From the NCBI RefSeq assembly GCF_964059045.1, contig NZ_OZ060402.1, forward strand, positions 1 through 32,000: a stretch of 32,000 bases of DNA, read 5' to 3'. The DNA is from Candidatus Saccharimonadota bacterium. GTDB taxonomy: Bacteria; Pseudomonadota; Gammaproteobacteria; Enterobacterales; Enterobacteriaceae. The notes beneath the pieces were generated by a model. The model ran no database searches. It was not told the origin of the DNA and worked only from the letters and a program-made list of their open reading frames with translations. The translations under genes and the position numbers were made by a program. Positions 25,071-32,000 of the stretch are shown piece by piece (the first letter of the stretch is position 1; every line of letters starts with the position of its first letter).

Positions 25071-25928
25071 ATGATTAATAAAAAAAATAGATTTATAATC
25101 ACTTCTTTAGGAAATCTTGAATCTTATATTAGATCAGCTAATTCTTGGCCTATGTTATCATTAGAAGAAGAACAGTTTTTATCTAAAAGATTATATTTTG
25201 ATAGTGATTTAAATGCAGCTAAGACTTTAATTTTGTCTCATTTGCGTTTTGTTATACATATAGCTAGAAGTTATTCAGGATATGGTTTACCTCAAGCGGA
25301 TTTAATTCAAGAAGGTAATATAGGATTAATGAAATCAGTTCGAAGATTTAATCCAGAAGTAGGAGTACGTTTAGTATCTTTTGCAGTACATTGGATCAAA
25401 TCTGAAATTCATGAGTACGTATTAAGAAATTGGAGAATCGTAAAAATTGCTACAACAAAATCACAAAGAAAATTATTTTTTAATTTAAGGAAAACAAAAA
25501 AAAGATTAGGTTGGTTTAATGAATCTGAAGTAAATATAGTAGCTAAAGAGTTAGGTGTTAGTAGTGAAGATGTAAGAGAAATGGAATCTCGTATGTCGGC
25601 ACAAGATATTACAATTAATTTAAACAATGAAGAAGATTCTCCAGATGGAAAAATTACTACTGTTATGCCATATCTAAAAGATAATGCATCAAATTTCGCT
25701 AATTTATTAGAAAAAAATAATTGGGGTCAATATGCTACAATAAAATTAACTAATGCATTATTAGGATTAGATGAAAGAAGTAGACATATTATTAATGCAA
25801 GATGGTTAAATGAAAATAATAAAATTACATTACAAAAAATTGCTAATGATTATGGTATTTCAGCAGAACGTGTACGACAATTAGAAAAAAATGCTATGAA
25901 AAAATTGAGGATAGCAATAGAAACATAA
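25071..25928 (+). CDS. rpoH: RNA polymerase sigma-32 factor RpoH
   Basis: 285 aa (284 in E. coli). [68 protein letters not shown] (the RpoH box region is nearly identical to E. coli), [19 protein letters not shown]. Confidence 0.98.
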   Translation: MINKKNRFIITSLGNLESYIRSANSWPMLSLEEEQFLSKRLYFDSDLNAAKTLILSHLRFVIHIARSYSGYGLPQADLIQEGNIGLMKSVRRFNPEVGVRLVSFAVHWIKSEIHEYVLRNWRIVKIATTKSQRKLFFNLRKTKKRLGWFNESEVNIVAKELGVSSEDVREMESRMSAQDITINLNNEEDSPDGKITTVMPYLKDNASNFANLLEKNNWGQYATIKLTNALLGLDERSRHIINARWLNENNKITLQKIANDYGISAERVRQLEKNAMKKLRIAIET

Positions 25929-26243
25929 AATATAATAATTTATTTTATAAATTATATATACAAAAAATTGATTTTTAAAATTTATTTAATAATTACTATA
26001 TAAAATATTTATATTATATTGAATACGAAAATATTTTTTTACAAACATATTTTTTTTCAATAAAAAAATATATTAGCATCAGTAAAATATTTTATAATAC
26101 TAATTATTTTACTGATCCTAATATGAATAAAATTTTATAAAAATTTATTATTTTAAAATAAATCTTAATAGGTTTACATCATTTTAATATTATATTATAG
26201 TATGAAAAATAATTTGTAATTTTTTATAAAAAATTCTAATTTT

Positions 26244-27056
26244 ATGTATAAAATTATTGTATCTGATTTAGATGGAACACTATTAACATCTCAATATAAT
26301 ATTACTGATTTTACTAAAAAAATATTATTATTATTAATTTCTAAAGGAGTGCATTTTATTTTTGCAACTGGTAGACATTACATAGATGTATTTAAAATTA
26401 GTGATAATTTAAATATAAAATCATATATGATTACATCTAATGGTTCTCAAATATACAATCAAAAAAAAGAATTAATTTTTAATCAATTTTTATTAAAAGA
26501 AATTGCTATTTCTTTATGTAAAATTAGATATATAGATAAAGAAATTATGACTCATTTATATTGTAATCATCAATGGTATACAAATTCATCTTGTTCCAAA
26601 AAAAATATTTTTTGTAAAAAATTATTTTTAAAAAATAAAATTTTTAATTTAGAAAATTTTTGTTTTGATAAAGTTAACAAGATATTTTTCACTTCTAATA
26701 ATATTAAAAAATTAAAATTATTAGAACAAGAAATATTAGAAATATGGAGTAATAAAAAAAATATTAATATTTTTTTTTCATTTCCAGAATGTTTGGAAAT
26801 TGTTCCTTGTGGTGTTTCAAAAGGATCTGCATTAAATATTATATTAAAGTTAATAGGATATTCTTTAAGTGATTGTATTTCTTTTGGAGATGGTATGAAT
26901 GATCAAGACATGCTGAATATATCTGGAAAAGGATGTATAATGAAAAATGCAGATCCTTGTTTAAAATTAGCCCTTCCTCATTTAGAAATCATAGGTGATA
27001 ATAATAATAATGGATTAGCACATTATTTATGCAAAATATTTCATATTAATATATAA
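26244..27056 (+). CDS. yigL: Cof-type HAD-IIB sugar/pyridoxal phosphatase, YigL-like
   Basis: 270 aa. HAD motif I SDLDGTLL, FATGRH, IKSYMITSNG (identical to E. coli YigL), GDGMNDQDML. Located next to metR as yigL is in E. coli. Confidence 0.82.
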   Translation: MYKIIVSDLDGTLLTSQYNITDFTKKILLLLISKGVHFIFATGRHYIDVFKISDNLNIKSYMITSNGSQIYNQKKELIFNQFLLKEIAISLCKIRYIDKEIMTHLYCNHQWYTNSSCSKKNIFCKKLFLKNKIFNLENFCFDKVNKIFFTSNNIKKLKLLEQEILEIWSNKKNINIFFSFPECLEIVPCGVSKGSALNIILKLIGYSLSDCISFGDGMNDQDMLNISGKGCIMKNADPCLKLALPHLEIIGDNNNNGLAHYLCKIFHINI

Positions 27057-27109
27057 TATATATATTAAATTAATTATTAATTTTATTTAACATTAATAAT
27101 AATGTTTTT

Positions 27110-27994
27110 TCAAAATAATTTATTCATATTTAATTTTATAAATTTTACAAAATCTATAATTAAAGATTTTTGTTTTTCTTCAGGACGAATAGCTGCATAT
27201 AAATTACTCCATAAACCTTTATATCCCAATTCTCTTGTTGCTACTAAACCTTGTTTTTCGAAATTATAAACTACCCAATAAGGTAAAGCAGTGACTCCCA
27301 TCTTGGCAGATACCATTTGAATTAATAAAGATGTATTATCTACATTTTTAAATAATGGAATGATTCCAGCAGGTTTTAAAAAATGTTTCCAAATATCTAA
27401 TCTAGTAAGATCTATTGGATAAATCATTACTATCTCTTTTTGTAGATCTATCGGTAAAATATTTTTTTTTTTTAATAAAGGATGATCTATAGACATAACT
27501 AAACGAATTTCAAATTTAAAAACAGATAAATAAGATAATTTAGATTGATATAAAATGTCTGAAGTAAATACTAAATCGATTTTACCTTTTTGAAGATCTG
27601 GTTGAGGATTAAATATAACTTCTGATTTTAAGTTTATTTTTCGTTCTGGCCATTTTTTTTTAAATTTCATTAAAATTGGAATTAACCATTGAATACAACT
27701 ATGACATTCAATAGCAATATGTATGGTTTTTTTATAATTATGATAACATGATTGCATAGCTATTTTAATTGTTGGTAAAATTTTTTCAGATAAATTTAAT
27801 AAAATTTTACCTTGTACAGTAAATTCTAAAGGTATACTTTTTCTTATGAATAATTTAAATCCTAATTGTTGCTCTAATTTATTTATTTTATGAGACAAAG
27901 CAGATTGTGTTTGATGTAATTTTATTGCTGCTGCCGTAATTGAATTACTATTTTTTAATTCTTGTAATATTTTTAGATGTTTGATTTCAATCAT
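27110..27994 (-). CDS. metR: LysR-family transcriptional activator MetR
   Basis: 294 aa. MIEIKHLKILQ...LHQTQSALSHKINKLEQQLGFKLFIRKS and IAIECHSCIQWL match E. coli MetR closely. Divergent from metE. About 20 aa shorter than E. coli at the C-terminus. Confidence 0.93.
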   Translation of the reverse strand: MIEIKHLKILQELKNSNSITAAAIKLHQTQSALSHKINKLEQQLGFKLFIRKSIPLEFTVQGKILLNLSEKILPTIKIAMQSCYHNYKKTIHIAIECHSCIQWLIPILMKFKKKWPERKINLKSEVIFNPQPDLQKGKIDLVFTSDILYQSKLSYLSVFKFEIRLVMSIDHPLLKKKNILPIDLQKEIVMIYPIDLTRLDIWKHFLKPAGIIPLFKNVDNTSLLIQMVSAKMGVTALPYWVVYNFEKQGLVATRELGYKGLWSNLYAAIRPEEKQKSLIIDFVKFIKLNMNKLF

Positions 27995-28121
27995 GATATT
28001 CCTTCATGTTCATAATGTAGTATTTGCTCTTGTTAATTTTTAATAAATCAAGAACAATAATACATAGTATTAATAAAATAATTAACTTATTTATTAAAAA
28101 TGTTTTTAATAAGGATAATAA

Positions 28122-30398
28122 ATGACAATTTTAAATCATATTCTTGGTTTTCCTAGAATTGGTTGTAATCGAGAATTAAAACAAGCACAAGAAAAATATT
28201 GGAATAATCTTATTTCACAAAAAGAATTATTATCTGTAGGATACAATATAAGAAAATATAATTGGAGAAAACAAATAGAAGAAAAGATAAATTTTTTAAC
28301 TGTTGGTGATTTTGCTTGGTATGATCATGTTTTAAATACTAGTATGTTATTAGGAAATATTCCTGAAAGGCATAAAAATATTGATAAATCAGTTGATTTG
28401 GATACTTTGTTTCGTATTGCTAGAGGGCACGCACCAACTGGTCAATCAGTTGCAGCTTCTGATATGACAAAATGGTTTGATACGAATTATCATTATATAG
28501 TACCAGAATTTTTTGAAAATCAAAATTTTAGTTTAAATTGGATACAATTATTTCAAGAAATTGATGAGGCTTTACTACTCAATCATACCATAAAACCTGT
28601 CATTTTAGGTCCTTTGACTTATCTTTGGTTAGGAAAATCAAAAAATAATTCTTTTAATAAATTAGATTTATTAAATAGTATATTACCTGTTTATAAAAAA
28701 ATATTAAAAGAAATTTCAAAAAGAAATATTACATGGATTCAAATTGATGAACCTATATTAGCATTAGAATTACCGACAGAATGGAAAAAATCTTTTATTT
28801 TAACATATAATTATTTATATAGTTCTATAAAAATATTATTGACCACTTATTTTGATAGTATAAATCATAATTTAGATATAATAACTCAATTACCAATACA
28901 AGGATTACATGTTGATGTTATATTTGGTCAATATAATTTATCTAAGTTAAATAAAATTATACCAATAGATTGGGTTCTTTCTTTAGGTGTAATTAATGGT
29001 AGAAATATTTGGAGAACAGATTTAATTAAATGGTTTCAATTAATACAACCAATAACTAATATGCGTACTAATTTATGGATTAGTACTTCATGTTCTTTAT
29101 TACATGTTCCTGTAGATTTAAATATTGAAAAAAATTTGAATGATGAAATTAAAAGCTGGTTTGCTTTTGCAATACAAAAATGTACTGAGCTTAATTTATT
29201 AACTGATGCATTAAATAATAATGATACATATAAAATTAATGAATGGAGTAAACCAATTCATACTAGAAAAAATTCAAATTTAGTACATAAAATAAATGTC
29301 CAGGATAAATTAAATTCTATTACTGAACAAAATTTTCATCGAAAAAATAAATATTCTATTCGATCTCAAATTCAAAATAAAAAATTTAATTTTCCAATTT
29401 TGCCAACTACTACTATTGGTTCTTTTCCTCAAACTGTTGAAATTAGAAAATTACGTTTAGATTTTAAAGAAAAAAATATAACTAAAGAAAAATACAACCA
29501 AAAAATTTCAAATTATATTAAAGATATTATACATGAACAAGAAAAAATTAATTTAGATGTTTTAGTACATGGTGAACCAGAAAGAAATGATATGGTAGAA
29601 TATTTTAGTAAAAAATTAAATGGATTTATATCAACTTCTCATGGTTGGGTTCAAAGTTATGGTTCACGCTGTGTCAAACCACCAATTATCATTGGAGATA
29701 TCAGTCGATCTGAAGATATGACTGTTAAATGGTCAAGATATGCACAATCTTTAACTAAAAAACCAGTTAAAGGAATGTTAACAGGTCCTGTAACTATGTT
29801 ATGTTGGTCTTTTTCAAGAGAGGATTTAAGTAAAAAAAATATTGCGAATCAAATTGCATTAGCCTTAAGAGATGAAGTGCACAGTTTAGAAAAATCTGGT
29901 ATTCAGATTATTCAAATTGATGAACCAGCTTTAAGAGAAGGTTTACCATTACGAAAAAGCTTATGGGATAATTATTTATTATGGGCAACAAATGCATTTA
30001 AATTAGCATCTTCTGGAGTTAATGATGAAACACAAATTCATACTCATATGTGTTATTGTGAATTTAATGACATTATGAATTCTATTTTATTGTTAGATGC
30101 AGATGTAATTACTCTTGAAACTTCTAGATCTGACATGGAGTTATTAGAATTCTTTAAAGAATTTAATTATGTTAATTCAATAGGACCTGGGGTATATGAT
30201 ATTCATTCTCCTAATATTCCTACTGTAGAATGGATTGAGAATTTATTAAAAAAAGCACTAAATTATATCTCATTAGATAGACTATGGGTAAATCCTGATT
30301 GTGGTTTAAAAACTCGAAATTGGAAAGAAACAAGAAAAGCATTAAAAAATATGATTACAGCGGTTAAGAATATTCGTTCTAAAATGAATAGTATTTAG
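28122..30398 (+). CDS. metE: Cobalamin-independent methionine synthase MetE
   Basis: 758 aa (753 in E. coli). [61 protein letters not shown] (zinc ligands). Confidence 0.97.
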   Translation: MTILNHILGFPRIGCNRELKQAQEKYWNNLISQKELLSVGYNIRKYNWRKQIEEKINFLTVGDFAWYDHVLNTSMLLGNIPERHKNIDKSVDLDTLFRIARGHAPTGQSVAASDMTKWFDTNYHYIVPEFFENQNFSLNWIQLFQEIDEALLLNHTIKPVILGPLTYLWLGKSKNNSFNKLDLLNSILPVYKKILKEISKRNITWIQIDEPILALELPTEWKKSFILTYNYLYSSIKILLTTYFDSINHNLDIITQLPIQGLHVDVIFGQYNLSKLNKIIPIDWVLSLGVINGRNIWRTDLIKWFQLIQPITNMRTNLWISTSCSLLHVPVDLNIEKNLNDEIKSWFAFAIQKCTELNLLTDALNNNDTYKINEWSKPIHTRKNSNLVHKINVQDKLNSITEQNFHRKNKYSIRSQIQNKKFNFPILPTTTIGSFPQTVEIRKLRLDFKEKNITKEKYNQKISNYIKDIIHEQEKINLDVLVHGEPERNDMVEYFSKKLNGFISTSHGWVQSYGSRCVKPPIIIGDISRSEDMTVKWSRYAQSLTKKPVKGMLTGPVTMLCWSFSREDLSKKNIANQIALALRDEVHSLEKSGIQIIQIDEPALREGLPLRKSLWDNYLLWATNAFKLASSGVNDETQIHTHMCYCEFNDIMNSILLLDADVITLETSRSDMELLEFFKEFNYVNSIGPGVYDIHSPNIPTVEWIENLLKKALNYISLDRLWVNPDCGLKTRNWKETRKALKNMITAVKNIRSKMNSI

Positions 30399-30519
30399 CA
30401 TTGTACAAAAAAAAGATGCTTCATTTTAAAAATGAAGCATCTTTTTTTTGTACAATGCTAAATACTATTCATTTTAGAACGAATATTCTTAACCGCTGTA
30501 ATCATATTTTTTAATGCTT
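30337..30519. repeat. 183-bp perfect palindrome (91-bp inverted arms around a single centre base at 30428) spanning the metE 3' end, the whole spacer and the purH stop
   Basis: I checked every pair i <-> 60856-i from 30427/30429 out to 30337/30519 and found no mismatch. Symmetry breaks at 30336/30520 (A/A). Confidence 0.95.
30407..30449. terminator. Core bidirectional intrinsic terminator inside the palindrome
   Basis: A8 (30407-30414), 13-bp stem GATGCTTCATTTT / AAAATGAAGCATC, T8 (30442-30449). This A-tract/hairpin/T-tract architecture can terminate both convergent transcripts. Confidence 0.6.
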
Positions 30520-32000
30520 AAAATGCCTTATATTAGTAAAAATCATAATCATATTGTATTCATTTACTGCTTGAATCACTTCTTTATCACGAATAGATCC
30601 ACCTGATTGAATAATACAATTTACACCATTCTTTTTTGCTATATCGACATTATCTCTAAAAGGAATAAAAGCATCTGAAGCCATAATAATATTTTTAATT
30701 TTTATTTTTTGGTCTATTAATTTGAGATTTGCTATTTTTGTTGAATATATACGACTTGTTTGGCCTGAACCAATACTAATAGTTTTTTTGTTTTTTACAT
30801 ATACTACAGCATTTGATTTTACAAATTTTACTACTTTCCAAGCAAAAATTGCATCTTCATATTCTTCATGATTTGGTTTACAATTACTAACTATAGTCCA
30901 TGTTTTTTCGTTGATATTTTCAGAATCAATATCTTGAACAAGAACACCACCATTAATTTGCTTAAAACTAAATTTATTTTTTTGTTTTTGAATATTAGAA
31001 CAGATTAATACTCTTATGTTTTTTTTTGTTTCTAATATTTTTAATGCATTTTTACTAATATTAGTTGCAATAATTACTTCAACAAATTGTTGATTAATTA
31101 TAGTTTGAACTGTATCAGAATTTAATAAACCATTAAATGCTATTACACCACCAAATGCAGATGTAGGATCACATTTATATGCAGAGATATATGCATTAAT
31201 AATAGAGATGTTTTCTGATACTCCACAAGGTGTACCATGTTTTACAATAACGCATGCTGGTTTTAAAAAAGTTTTAACACATTCCCAAGCAATATCAGCA
31301 TCAGATAAATTATTATATGATAATAATTTTCCTTGTATTTGTTTTGCAGCAACAATATCAGTAGGTTTTTGAGTATTATCAAAATATAAAGCTGCTTTTT
31401 GATGATGATTTTCACCATAACGTAAATTTTGTTTTTTAATAAGATTCAAATTAATGATTTTAGGTAAATATATAAAATTATTTTTTTCATTATAATATTC
31501 ATTATATTTGGTTTTTAAACATCCAAAAATAATAGAATCATATTGAGAAATATATTCAAATGCTTTACATGCCATGTAAAATTTATTTTTTATAGGAAAA
31601 TTATTATTATTTTCATCAAGTATTTTGATTGCTTTTTTATAATCTAAAGGGTCAGTTAAAACCATAACATCTTGATGATTTTTAGCGGCAGATCGAATTA
31701 AAGTTGATCCACCTATATCAATATAATTTATAATATCATCCATATTATTAATATTTTTTGACATATTTTCTAAAAATGGATATAAATTAACAACAACAAT
31801 GTCAATTGGAATTATATTATATAATTTCATTACAGCATCATCTTTTTTTCTTCTTCCTAAAATTCCTCCGTGAATTTTAGGATGTATAGTTTTTATTCTT
31901 CCATCCATTAATTCAGGAAATTCAGTATAATCTGAAATATTTTTAAAAGGAATGTTATTTTTTTTTAAAAATACAGATGTACCTCCTGTTGATAATATAT
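30511..32000 (-). CDS. purH: Bifunctional AICAR transformylase / IMP cyclohydrolase PurH (5' end lies beyond the window)
   Basis: The track ORF starts at an internal Met ([20 protein letters not shown] = E. coli [20 protein letters not shown], about residue 63). The frame stays open to position 32000 (..[29 protein letters not shown]). The C-terminus NIRHFKH resembles E. coli ..RHFRH. Confidence 0.96.
   Translation of the reverse strand, partial: [495 protein letters not shown]

Noticed and set aside
25409-25627. 72-aa minus-strand ORF
   Set aside because: It lies antisense within the conserved core of rpoH. It is a shadow ORF.
26078-26116. 12-bp stem hairpin ATCAGTAAAATA / TATTTTACTGAT with a 15-nt loop, 150 nt downstream of rpoH
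   Set aside because: The loop is large, there is no T-run after the stem (it is followed by CCTAATATG), and it lies far from the rpoH stop. That is not enough to call a terminator.

Overview
Extremely AT-rich, tightly packed housekeeping DNA. Gene content, order and protein sequences (for example GroEL ending [10 protein letters not shown]) match the origin-proximal start of a Buchnera aphidicola-type chromosome, an obligate gamma-proteobacterial aphid endosymbiont. Layout: mnmG(gidA)-atpBEFHAGDC (+) | gyrB-dnaN-dnaA (-) | rpmH-rnpA-yidC-mnmE (+) | tRNA-Phe (-) | groES-groEL-efp (+) | dnaC, rsmD (-) | ftsY, rpoH, yigL (+) | metR (-) / metE (+) | purH (-, runs off the window end). That is 27 protein genes plus 1 tRNA, and every gene is a recognisable orthologue of an E. 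coli core gene. I see no orphan ORFs, mobile elements, CRISPR, phage, toxin-antitoxin or defence genes. I therefore do NOT find a novel multi-gene system here and will not invent one. Two sequence-level anomalies deserve follow-up. (1) A 183-bp perfect palindrome (91-bp arms, zero mismatches) fills the convergent metE/purH junction. It mirrors the last ~20 codons of metE up to the purH stop codon. (2) The replication initiator gene dnaA is split into two ORFs (104 aa + 354 aa) by a frameshift next to an A11 homopolymer in the domain II linker, with an ATGA stop/start overlap. Lesser observations: a strong hairpin inside the atp operon right after atpE; a 50-bp perfect palindrome between atpC and gyrB; an exact DnaA box inside dnaN while the presumptive origin and dnaA-promoter regions lack one; a well-preserved sigma-32 promoter for groESL; and short spacers where E. 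coli carries rsmG/atpI, recF, yidD, epmB, dnaT and ftsEX. All calls come from reading the sequence and ORF translations by eye. No database search, folding or statistics were run.
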